From: an uncultured candidatus Brocadiaceae bacterium
Lineage (GTDB): Bacteria > Planctomycetota > UBA1135 > UBA2386
DNA: 64,000 bases
Direction: 5' to 3'
NCBI GenBank assembly: GCA_964469555.1
Contig: CAYYAQ010000002.1
Location: 1,842 to 65,841, forward strand
A model generated the notes under the pieces. That model was not told the origin of the DNA. It was given only the letters and a program-made list of their open reading frames with translations, and made no database searches. Below, in pieces: positions 7,827 through 16,027 of this stretch; the stretch's first letter is position 1, and each line of letters starts with the position of its first letter. A program made the position numbers and the translations under genes.

Positions 7827-9485
7827 GTGCCGAACACCTTCGAAGCACTTCTCGCCGTGGCCCCCATCCTACTCGCGGCGGTCTTGCTGGTGGGGTTCCG
7901 GTGCCCGGCGCGCCTCGCGATGCCGATGGTCTATATTACCGCCGTCACCATCGCGGTGACGGCGTGGGATGTCGCCTGGGTTCAGATCGCCGCAGCGAGC
8001 GTGCAAGGGCTGTTCATCACCACGGACATCTTGCTGATCGTCTTCGGCGCGATCCTGTTGCTGAAGACCCTGGAACAGTCGGGCGGCATCGCCACGATCC
8101 GACGCAGCTTTAGTTCGATCAGCGACGACCCGCGCGTGCAGGTCGTGATCATCGCGTGGTTGTTCGGCTCCTTGATCGAAGGGTCTGCGGGTTTCGGCAC
8201 GCCCGCGGCGGTGGCCGCGCCGCTGTTGGTGGCTCTCGGATTCCCGGCAGCCTGCGCAGTCATGATCGGCATGATGATCCAGAGCACGCCCGTGACATTC
8301 GGCGCTGCGGGTACGCCGATCCTCGTCGGCGTGCGCGGTGGGATGGGCAATGAGGAGATCGTCGCGGCTCCGGCGGCGCTCGACGCATACCTGCAGGAAG
8401 TGACCGTACGGGCCGCGGGATTGCACGCGATCACGGGAACACTCATCCCACTCCTGATGGTCGTCTTGATGACGCGGTACTTCGGTTCTCGACGATCTTT
8501 CACCGACGGCCTCTCGATCGCGCCGTTCGCGATCTTCGGTGGGCTCGCGTTCACGGTGCCTTACTGGCTCGCCGCGGTATTCTTCGGACCCGAGTTCCCT
8601 TCGCTGCTCGGCTCGATGGTGGGGCTAGTGATCGTGACGACCGCCGCGCGGCGTGGATTCCTGATTCCTGCAGATCGCTGGCGGTTCCCATCTGCGGATG
8701 AATGGCCAACAGAGTGGCGAGGCAAGCTCGGCGTGGACACCTCGGTTGACGAAGGCCGCCCGGTGATCTCGGTGTTCGCCGCGTGGTTCCCCTACGTTCT
8801 CGCGGCCCTGTTGTTGCTCGCGACGCGGCTCGGTCAGCTGCCGTTCGGCGGATGGCTGAAGGCTGCCAAGATCGAATGGCAGAACATCTTCGGTACGGAG
8901 ATTAGCGCGTCGACCACGCCGCTGTACTTGCCCGCGTTCGTTCTGCTGGTCGTCGTGGGGGTGACGTTCTTCCTGCACCGAATGACCGGCCCGATGATCC
9001 GCCGCGCCGCGACCGATGCGTCGAAACTCCTCATCGGCGCCGGGTTCGTCCTGGTATTCACGGTGCCGATGGTGCGCGTCTACATCAACTCGGGCGGGAA
9101 CGAAGCGGGATTGCCGAGCATGCCGCTCGTGATGGCGGACTGGGTCGCGACGAACGTCGGTTCGGTCTGGCCGATGTTCGCGGGCGCGATCGGCGCACTC
9201 GGCGCATTCATCGCCGGCAGCAACACCGTGAGCAACCTGATGTTCTCGAGCTTTCAACACGGCGTCGCCGAACGGATCGGTGAGCCGAGCGCCATGATCG
9301 TCGCGTTGCAGGCGGTGGGCGCGGCGGCTGGCAACATGATCGCGATCCACAACGTCGTCGCGGCTTCGGCGACGGTCGGGCTCCTGGGTTGCGAGGGCGC
9401 CACGCTGCGCAAGACCCTGCTCCCGACGCTGTACTACCTGGTCGTCATCGGCGTGCTCGGCCTGTGCGCCGTGCGGTTCTTCTAG
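7827..9485 (+). CDS. lctP: L-lactate permease (LctP family)
   Basis: 552 aa, polytopic. Contains [27 protein letters not shown] and [12 protein letters not shown], typical of LctP/LldP. GTG start. Confidence 0.9.
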   Translation: MPNTFEALLAVAPILLAAVLLVGFRCPARLAMPMVYITAVTIAVTAWDVAWVQIAAASVQGLFITTDILLIVFGAILLLKTLEQSGGIATIRRSFSSISDDPRVQVVIIAWLFGSLIEGSAGFGTPAAVAAPLLVALGFPAACAVMIGMMIQSTPVTFGAAGTPILVGVRGGMGNEEIVAAPAALDAYLQEVTVRAAGLHAITGTLIPLLMVVLMTRYFGSRRSFTDGLSIAPFAIFGGLAFTVPYWLAAVFFGPEFPSLLGSMVGLVIVTTAARRGFLIPADRWRFPSADEWPTEWRGKLGVDTSVDEGRPVISVFAAWFPYVLAALLLLATRLGQLPFGGWLKAAKIEWQNIFGTEISASTTPLYLPAFVLLVVVGVTFFLHRMTGPMIRRAATDASKLLIGAGFVLVFTVPMVRVYINSGGNEAGLPSMPLVMADWVATNVGSVWPMFAGAIGALGAFIAGSNTVSNLMFSSFQHGVAERIGEPSAMIVALQAVGAAAGNMIAIHNVVAASATVGLLGCEGATLRKTLLPTLYYLVVIGVLGLCAVRFF

Positions 9486-9592
9486 CTCACGTCAACTGAG
9501 CGGCGCCCGAATGGCGCCAACTGCGGCACGCGACGGGCGTATTCGCGGTAGGCCGCTCCGTGCTCGGGGACGAGGTCTCGCTTCTCCTCGTT

Positions 9593-10051
9593 TTATCCCG
9601 ACTCGCCCGCTTCTTCCCCATCTCGCGGGGGACGCCCGATCAGATGGTTCACGTAGCAAGCCGCGAACAGCACCCCGGCACCGGCGTGGATCCAACCGAG
9701 GGCGCTGCGAAACGTCTCACTCTCGACGACCTGCAGGCAGTAGCCACCGAGTACGAGCGGCACGAACAGGAGCACCAGGACGATGCCGGTGTTGCGTCGA
9801 TGGGCATTCTTGAAGCCGATGCGTTTCCAGATGTGGTCGATCCAGATGAAGCCAACGGCGAAGACGAGCACCGGCGCGACGACGATGTGGATGGCGGTGA
9901 GAAGCGGTTGCCAGCGATGTTCGACGGCGAACATCTCCAACTCGGTCTCCTCGGGGGGCGAGGACAGGAACACGATCCACAGGAGCCAGAACCCGGTCGC
10001 GGCCATCGCGGTGATGGCGAGGTGCAGGATCCAGGCCGTGGTGCGGCTCAT
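9593..10051 (-). CDS. 4-TM His-rich membrane protein (possible b-type cytochrome / DUF4405-like)
   Basis: Start taken at the ATG giving MSRTTAWILHLAITAMAATGFW; it overlaps the upstream stop (ATGA at 10048-10051). Four hydrophobic helices carry His residues (ILHLAI, AIHIVV, GWIHAG, YVNHLI). The upstream part of the 372-aa track ORF is Arg-rich noise. Confidence 0.65.
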   Translation of the reverse strand: MSRTTAWILHLAITAMAATGFWLLWIVFLSSPPEETELEMFAVEHRWQPLLTAIHIVVAPVLVFAVGFIWIDHIWKRIGFKNAHRRNTGIVLVLLFVPLVLGGYCLQVVESETFRSALGWIHAGAGVLFAACYVNHLIGRPPRDGEEAGESG

Positions 10052-10665
10052 CGCTTGGCGCCTTTTGCCTGCGTCTTTGCTTTGCCCTTGTTCTTCGGTT
10101 TGGGGTCTTTCTTGCTGGGTTCCTTCGCGGTCGGCTTGCCGAAGACAGTCTGGTGTAGCGCGAGGATCCGATCGACGCAGCGCGTCATCGCGCGCACGGT
10201 GAGGGTGGCGCCGGTGATGCGCGGGACGTCCTTGCCGGGGCGTACCTGACCGAGTCGTTTCTTGGCCAGCTTGCCGACCCACTTCTTGGGCGCGGCGTAG
10301 CGTTTGGGCTCGGCGAAGGCGAGGACCTCCACCCGATCGACCGTCAGTCTGGGAGTGACGACCACCATCAGGAGCTGCTTCTTGCTGCGGACCTTGTGCA
10401 CGTCGAACCACGCGGTGCCGACGAGCGTCTTGCCGCGGCGCGCGATGTACGCGAAGGCCATCGACTTCGTGAACTTCCGGCCAGTGAGCTTGCCGAGGGC
10501 GAGCCGCTGCTTCTCGGTCAGCGTGATGGTGCGACGCTCGACCGCGCACTTGGGGAAGGCGAGTTTCAGCGCCTTCTCGGTCGTCATCTTCACCTGGCCG
10601 TGTGCGCAGGGAGCGACCAGAAGCAACGCCACGGCGATCTGGAGGTGGCGTCGGATATCGGGCAT
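10048..10665 (-). CDS. secreted FMN-binding domain protein with ApbE flavinylation motif
   Basis: Signal peptide (VALLLVAPCAHGQ). Contains the VPRITGATLTVRAM motif ([ST]GA[TS] flavinylation site). Lys-rich tail. Its ATG overlaps the porin stop (TGATG at 10663-10667). Confidence 0.75.
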   Translation of the reverse strand: MPDIRRHLQIAVALLLVAPCAHGQVKMTTEKALKLAFPKCAVERRTITLTEKQRLALGKLTGRKFTKSMAFAYIARRGKTLVGTAWFDVHKVRSKKQLLMVVVTPRLTVDRVEVLAFAEPKRYAAPKKWVGKLAKKRLGQVRPGKDVPRITGATLTVRAMTRCVDRILALHQTVFGKPTAKEPSKKDPKPKNKGKAKTQAKGAKR

Positions 10666-11933
10666 CAGAACACGTATCCGAAGGAGATCTGGAAGCGATC
10701 GTCGCCCTCATCGAGCGCCTGGAAGTCCGCCTTGATCACGACCTCGTCGATCGGTCGGTAGTGAACGCCCAGCGTCAGGATCGTCTCCTTTTGTGTGCGA
10801 TCGGGCATGTAACCCCGCGCCATCTTGGCCTGGGTATCGATCATTTCGTACCGGAAGTACGGCATCACGGTCTGCGTGGACTCCGAGCTGACGAGTTTCA
10901 TCACGTCGTAGCCGACTTCGCCGTAGTAGCCGTGCATCCGCTTGGCGAGGTTCTCGCCGGTGTTCATGTTGAACGTGCCGGTGTTCTCGAGGAACGCGGA
11001 CGCGTAGAGACCGCGGACAAACCACCCGTCGGCTTGGTACTGGGCGTGGCCTTCGACGATCGTGGTGCGCATCGCGGGGATCTTGTAGGTCTTGGTGCCC
11101 TCCTTGTGCACGCCATCCTGTCCCGTGTCACCGTAGAACACGGACGCGCCGACGGTGAACCCGCAGTCGCAACTCCAGTCGAGCCCCCCGACGTAGGCGA
11201 AGTCATCGGCGGCCGAGCGGTTGCCCTTCTGCCGGCCGCCACGCAGACCCTTCTTGTCGAATTCCTCGCCGTTGAGGCTCGTGAACACGTTCGACTTGTA
11301 GCTGAGGTTGCCACACGCGCCGTGGATGCCGAGTCCGGTTTCACGCCATGTCGTGGGAATGATGCGACGTTCGGTCTCGGGGCGTTGGGCCGACAGGTAG
11401 GTCGTCGGCTCGTGCATCTCGTTGATGAAACCCATTGGCACGAGGAGCAAGCCTGCGCGGACGTTGAACCCTTCGCAGGCCATGTACTCGAGGTAGGAGA
11501 ACTCGACCGACGCGGAGCCACCGCCGGAACTCGTGCCCGAGCTGCTGCTCGTCGAACCGTGCTCGTATTCGATCTCGCTGTTGAAGACCCACTTCTCGTC
11601 AAACTTGTAGCCGACGTAGAGAACCGTCCGGAGAGCATCGAAGACGTCGGTCGCTCCGGATATCTGTTGGTAGAGGAACTCGCCGTAGCCGCCGATCGAA
11701 ATACCCTCGTCCTGGGCGTAGACCTTGGATGCGGCTGGCCCCAGCCCGAACTTGCTCTCGCCGAGGGCAGGGACGAAGCTGCCGAACTGCAGCCGTTCGA
11801 TTTCCTCGCTGTAGGCTTCTTTGAGTTGCTGGTGGTCCTTCTCGAGTTTCTCGAGTCGTTCCGTGACCGTCTGGGCGGCGAGGATCGAGGGGAAGAGGAA
11901 TGTCAGGCAGATGGCGATGGGCGCGGTTCGCAT
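10665..11933 (-). CDS. outer-membrane beta-barrel porin-like protein (porin O/P-like, N-terminal coiled coil)
   Basis: Signal peptide, coiled-coil TVTERLEKLEKDHQQLKEAY, alternating aromatic/Gly-rich strands, and a C-terminal ...ISFGYVF. Confidence 0.7.
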   Translation of the reverse strand: MRTAPIAICLTFLFPSILAAQTVTERLEKLEKDHQQLKEAYSEEIERLQFGSFVPALGESKFGLGPAASKVYAQDEGISIGGYGEFLYQQISGATDVFDALRTVLYVGYKFDEKWVFNSEIEYEHGSTSSSSGTSSGGGSASVEFSYLEYMACEGFNVRAGLLLVPMGFINEMHEPTTYLSAQRPETERRIIPTTWRETGLGIHGACGNLSYKSNVFTSLNGEEFDKKGLRGGRQKGNRSAADDFAYVGGLDWSCDCGFTVGASVFYGDTGQDGVHKEGTKTYKIPAMRTTIVEGHAQYQADGWFVRGLYASAFLENTGTFNMNTGENLAKRMHGYYGEVGYDVMKLVSSESTQTVMPYFRYEMIDTQAKMARGYMPDRTQKETILTLGVHYRPIDEVVIKADFQALDEGDDRFQISFGYVF

Positions 11934-11950
11934 TGTGAGATTTTCGCAGG

Positions 11951-12976
11951 TCAGTGGGGGAGGGGGAATTCAAGCGGTATGGAGCCGCGCAACCCGGGAG
12001 TCCGATGCGAGCGGAAGCCGCCAGCGGTTCTCTCGAGGAAGAGCGCTTCCACGCCGGGGAGTTCGGTGGCGAGCTTCAGGCCCTCGATGGGGCCCAGGAC
12101 GAACAGCGCCGTTGACAGGCAGTCGGCGGCGCACCCGGCGTAGTCGTCGCCGGCGACCACGACCGTGACTGCGCCCCAGTCGTCGACTGGTCGACCGGTG
12201 CGCGGATCGAGGATGTGCGAGTAGCGTTTTCCGCCGACGTGGATCGCGCGCTCGCTGTTGCCGGACGTGGCCGCGGATCCGCTCGGAGGCAGTTCGATCG
12301 CGCCGATCACCATGTCGCGTCGATCCGGGTTCGCGACGCAGATGCTCCCCGGTTCTCCATCGCGATACCACCAGGCGAGCTGACCGCCGAAGTCGAAGTT
12401 CACGGCGGCCACGCCGTCGATTCTCCGGGCTGTGCGGATCGCGTCGTCGATGGCGAGCCCTTTCACGAATCCGCCCTCGGCGAGGAGCGCGTTTCGCTGG
12501 CGAGTCACGCTGTCCTTGCCGACCAGGAAGTGCTGCATCCCGCTGGCCGCTCGTGCCAGCGCGATGGTCGCGGCGCCGGGGGCGGTCGAGGGAGCGGGGC
12601 CACGGCGGCCCCCCCAGGCCTCGAGCAGGCGACCGATGGCCGGGTCGAAGGCTCCGCCTGTGCGGTCCGACCAACGGCAAGCGAGATGGAGTCCGGCGAG
12701 GAAGCGGGCATCGACCGGCGTCGGGACCCCGACCGCCGTGTCGTGGAGGCGCCGAAGCACGCTGTCCGCGCGCCAACTGCTCCATCGTTGATCCGCCGCA
12801 AGCACTGTATTAATAGATGCTTCTGCCGCTTCCTCGGCCTGGCTGCAGGTCGTCGCGGTGACCCGGATCCCGAGCTGCGTGCCCATGGTGATCACCACGC
12901 GGTCGGCCATCTCGGCGCGCGGCAGGGCGCAGCCGGAGACCAGATAGAGGGTGACACAGGCGAATCGAGTCAGCAT
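11951..12976 (-). CDS. apbE: ApbE-family FAD:protein FMN transferase (lipoprotein)
   Basis: Start chosen to give MLTRFACVTLYLVSGC (lipobox). Contains GGAFDPAIG, GGFVKGLAID and YSHILDPRTGRP, typical of ApbE. Confidence 0.9.
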   Translation of the reverse strand: MLTRFACVTLYLVSGCALPRAEMADRVVITMGTQLGIRVTATTCSQAEEAAEASINTVLAADQRWSSWRADSVLRRLHDTAVGVPTPVDARFLAGLHLACRWSDRTGGAFDPAIGRLLEAWGGRRGPAPSTAPGAATIALARAASGMQHFLVGKDSVTRQRNALLAEGGFVKGLAIDDAIRTARRIDGVAAVNFDFGGQLAWWYRDGEPGSICVANPDRRDMVIGAIELPPSGSAATSGNSERAIHVGGKRYSHILDPRTGRPVDDWGAVTVVVAGDDYAGCAADCLSTALFVLGPIEGLKLATELPGVEALFLERTAGGFRSHRTPGLRGSIPLEFPLPH

Positions 12977-13129
12977 GGGATGGACATTATTGAGATGTAG
13001 TCTCAATTACAACCCCAACGCCCTGTCCGGTCCCGCTATTTCGAGCCTCGCGACCGGACCAACGATCGGTCGACGAACCGCGGTTGACCACCACTTTTGG
13101 CAAGACTCCCCGCTACGTTACCGACCCGC

Positions 13130-13600
13130 ATGACCGACAACCCCGAAGTCCGCGGCTGCGTGTTGCCACTCAGTCTTCACTACAGCATCACCGAGAACAC
13201 GTGGGTGCGTGTCCATGATGATGGCACGGCGACCGTCGGCATGACTGACGTCGCGCAGAACCTCGCGGGTCCCCTTCTACACGCGAAAGCCAAGAGGGTC
13301 GGCACCGTGCGCAAGAAGGGCAAACCGGTCGCCACCGTCGAGAGCAGCAAGTGGGTGGGGCCGGTCAAGTCGCCGATCTCGGGCGAGGTCATCGAAGTGA
13401 ACGCTGCGCTCGTGAACGACGCGTCGATCGTCAACCGCAGCCCCTACAAGAACGGCTGGATCGTGAGGATGCAGCCCAGCAACCTCGACGCCGAACTCGC
13501 GGAGTTGCTCACTGGTCAGGCCGCGGTCGACGCCTACAAGGCGCGGATCGAATCCGAAGACTTGAAGGCGTGTGATCACGTCGAAGGGTTTGAGATCTGA
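13130..13600 (+). CDS. GcvH-like lipoyl-carrier protein (orphan, copy 1)
   Basis: Start at ATG 13130 (MTDNPEV). GcvH fold pattern with lipoyl-lysine context VESSKWVGPVKSPISGEV. No gcvP or gcvT nearby. Confidence 0.8.
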   Translation: MTDNPEVRGCVLPLSLHYSITENTWVRVHDDGTATVGMTDVAQNLAGPLLHAKAKRVGTVRKKGKPVATVESSKWVGPVKSPISGEVIEVNAALVNDASIVNRSPYKNGWIVRMQPSNLDAELAELLTGQAAVDAYKARIESEDLKACDHVEGFEI

Positions 13601-13699
13601 CATGCCGCTCAGCTGCGAGGAGGCTCCCTCCTGCCCGTCATGCGACTCACGCCGCCCGCGTCGTTGGCGGTCGCACAAGATCGTTGCACAACTCAATAC

Positions 13700-13773
13700 A
13701 GGGACGTGATCAATCTCCCAAAAGACCGATCAGCTCTGCCGCGGGCACGCAATCCCTGTCCACCGCGTGCACC
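13700..13773. repeat. 74-bp perfect inverted repeat, copy B (native 3' end of the otsA-otsB fusion gene)
   Basis: Exact reverse complement of 2168-2241. Covers the last 19 codons, the stop and 10 downstream nt of the 13710-15983 gene. Confidence 0.95.
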
Positions 13774-15983
13774 AGGTCGCGCAGCAGCGCACGGACCTTC
13801 TCCGGGGACTCGATGGTGAATCTCGCGTCGTCGACCGAACCCCCGACGTGCACGCTCACGGCATGAGATGGCAGCGCGCGGTACATGTCGATATCCGTCC
13901 GATCATCGCCGAGCGCGAGGATGAATGTGTCCGGCCCAGCGTCCTCGAGCACTTGACGAACGTAGTTGCCTTTGTTCACTCCAGCGGAGCGGACTTCGAT
14001 CACCTTGTTGCCGGAGATGACCTCGAGGCCGAGACCGGGGACGCGCTGTTCTAGCGACGCCATCAACTCGCGCGAACGCCACAGCCCGTAGTCGTCATCA
14101 GCCATCCGGTAGTGCCACGCTATGGAGAATCGCTTTTGCTCGAGCGTCGAACCCGGAACCTCGCGGCAGACTTCTTCTAGCATCTCCCGCACCTTGGGCA
14201 TCCACCCGAGGTCGTACGTGTGCGACTCTTGCCAATCTTCGCCGAGGCGCCGGTAGAGCGACCCGTGCTCGCACGACAGGTGGACCGGCAGTTCGCCGAA
14301 CCAGGTCTCGAGATTGCTACCCGTGCGCCCGCTCACGATGTGCACGTCAGTGTCGGGAATCCCGGTCAGAGCCCGAACCGTATCCAGAATCTCATCGGTC
14401 GGCTGCGCGAGTTCGGGCGTCGAGGTCAACTCACGGAGAGTCCCGTCATAGTCGAGGAGCACGATCCTGCGTTCCGCTCTCGCGAAGTCCGCGACGAGAG
14501 TCGTGATCGCGTCTCCACTCATCAGCGTGCGGTTGCGCAGGGCTCGACCCTTCTTGGCGGTCTCGTGAAGTTCCGCGAGGAATTCTCTCGCCCAGATCTT
14601 GCAGTCCATCTTCTCGACGCGCGCAATCATCGGACGCATACGATCCTCGCGCTCCTTGGGGTGAACGTCGAGCGCCTCCGTGATCGCATCCGCGGTCCGT
14701 TCGATGTTCCAAGGATTGACGAGAATCGACTCGCCCAGCACCTGCGCCGCGCCGGCAAACTCGCTGAGGATCAGGATGCCGTTCCCGTGCTGTTGGCACA
14801 GGACGAACTCCTGGGCGACGAGGTTCATGCCGTCGCGCACCGGCGTGACGATTCCGACATCGGAGAATTGATAGAGCGCGACGAGGTGCTCGGGTTTCAC
14901 TTCGCGGTGGATGTACTCGACGGGCGTGTGCCCCGGCCCGCCGAACCTCCCGTTGATCCGACCGACGTAACCCTCGATCTCGGCCTTGAGGTCCCGATAC
15001 TCGGGAGTCGCCAGGCGAGACGGCACGATGACTTGCAGCAACGTCGTCGTCTCGGCACGTCGCGGATCCTTCTCCAGGTAGCGCTCGAATGCCTTGAGCT
15101 TGAGGAGCACGCCCTTCGTGTAGTCGAGGCGCTCGACCCCGAGCAACACTCTTCGGCCCTGGTATCGCCGCCTCAGTTTTTGCTGGTATTCAAACGTCGC
15201 CTCGCGCGCCGCGACGGAGCGGAAGTAGTCGGTATCGATGCCGATCGGGTTGCGTCCGATGCCGATGCGCCGATTCTCGAAGCTGATGCCGTCAGGGTCC
15301 GAGTCCAATCCGAGGACGCGGAGGCAAGACGTCCGGAAGTGCTGCGCGTATCCGTTCGTGTGGAACGCGACGTAGTCCGCACCGAGGACGCCACGGAGCA
15401 ATTCCTCGCGGTGCGGGAGCAACTGGAAGATCTCGGACGAGGGCCACGGGATGTGCATGAAGAACCCGATCTCCAGGTCGGGGCACTCCGCACGCAGCAT
15501 CCCCGGGACCAGCATCAGGTGGAAGTCGTGGATCCACACGCGATCGCCGGGCACGCAGTGCTCGAGGATCTTGTCTGCGAACCGTCGATTGATCCTGCAG
15601 TACGACTCCCAGGCATCGATCTCGTAGGTGACCTTGTCCGTGAAGTAGTGGAACAACGGCCACAAGATCTGATTGCAGTACTCGGTGTAGTAGCTGGCCT
15701 CTTCTGCCGCAGACAGGAAGACGGGAAAGAGGTCGTCCTTCGCCAGCGTCGACTCGATGTCATCGCGTAGAGACTCTGGACTCTCACACCCGGGCCAGCC
15801 CACCCACGAGAAGTCCGACTCGGTCTTCACCCCCGCCATCGCGGACGCCAGGCCACCGTTGCTCGCCTTGGAACTCCAAGCGCCATCGGTGATTCGGAGA
15901 CTGACAGGCAGCCGGTTGCTGACGACGATCAGTCGATGTGTAGTTGCGGCCATACCTGTGGCGATAATTGAATCGGGGGTCAT
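13710..15983 (-). CDS. otsA: bifunctional trehalose-6-phosphate synthase / phosphatase (OtsA-OtsB fusion)
   Basis: 757 aa. GT20 part (HRLIVVSNRLPV, VWIHDFHLMLVP) followed by a HAD phosphatase part (IVLLDYDGTL, GDDRTD). An alternative start is the second ATG, 10 codons in. Confidence 0.9.
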   Translation of the reverse strand: MTPDSIIATGMAATTHRLIVVSNRLPVSLRITDGAWSSKASNGGLASAMAGVKTESDFSWVGWPGCESPESLRDDIESTLAKDDLFPVFLSAAEEASYYTEYCNQILWPLFHYFTDKVTYEIDAWESYCRINRRFADKILEHCVPGDRVWIHDFHLMLVPGMLRAECPDLEIGFFMHIPWPSSEIFQLLPHREELLRGVLGADYVAFHTNGYAQHFRTSCLRVLGLDSDPDGISFENRRIGIGRNPIGIDTDYFRSVAAREATFEYQQKLRRRYQGRRVLLGVERLDYTKGVLLKLKAFERYLEKDPRRAETTTLLQVIVPSRLATPEYRDLKAEIEGYVGRINGRFGGPGHTPVEYIHREVKPEHLVALYQFSDVGIVTPVRDGMNLVAQEFVLCQQHGNGILILSEFAGAAQVLGESILVNPWNIERTADAITEALDVHPKEREDRMRPMIARVEKMDCKIWAREFLAELHETAKKGRALRNRTLMSGDAITTLVADFARAERRIVLLDYDGTLRELTSTPELAQPTDEILDTVRALTGIPDTDVHIVSGRTGSNLETWFGELPVHLSCEHGSLYRRLGEDWQESHTYDLGWMPKVREMLEEVCREVPGSTLEQKRFSIAWHYRMADDDYGLWRSRELMASLEQRVPGLGLEVISGNKVIEVRSAGVNKGNYVRQVLEDAGPDTFILALGDDRTDIDMYRALPSHAVSVHVGGSVDDARFTIESPEKVRALLRDLVHAVDRDCVPAAELIGLLGD

Positions 15984-16027
15984 TCAGGGAATGGGGACGC
16001 AGCCATTCAGGCCGCGGGTGGCGAGTG

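Noticed and set aside
7060-7848. 262-aa minus-strand ORF spanning the secreted-protein start and the ankyrin region.
   Set aside because: The translation is Arg-rich noise. The real coding signal in 7449-7800 is in a different frame (ankyrin repeats), and 7060-7330 belongs to the 6161-7330 gene.
9502-9518. Short GC hairpins after convergent genes: GGCGCC-CGAAT-GGCGCC at 9502-9518, and AGGAGG-CTC-CCTCCT at 13618-13632.
   Set aside because: The stems are only 6 bp with no U-tract, too weak to call intrinsic terminators.
13007-13129. Possible glycine riboswitch upstream of the GcvH-like gene.
   Set aside because: No tandem aptamer-like conserved GGAGAG/CACCG elements are visible, and the gene is probably not part of a glycine cleavage system.
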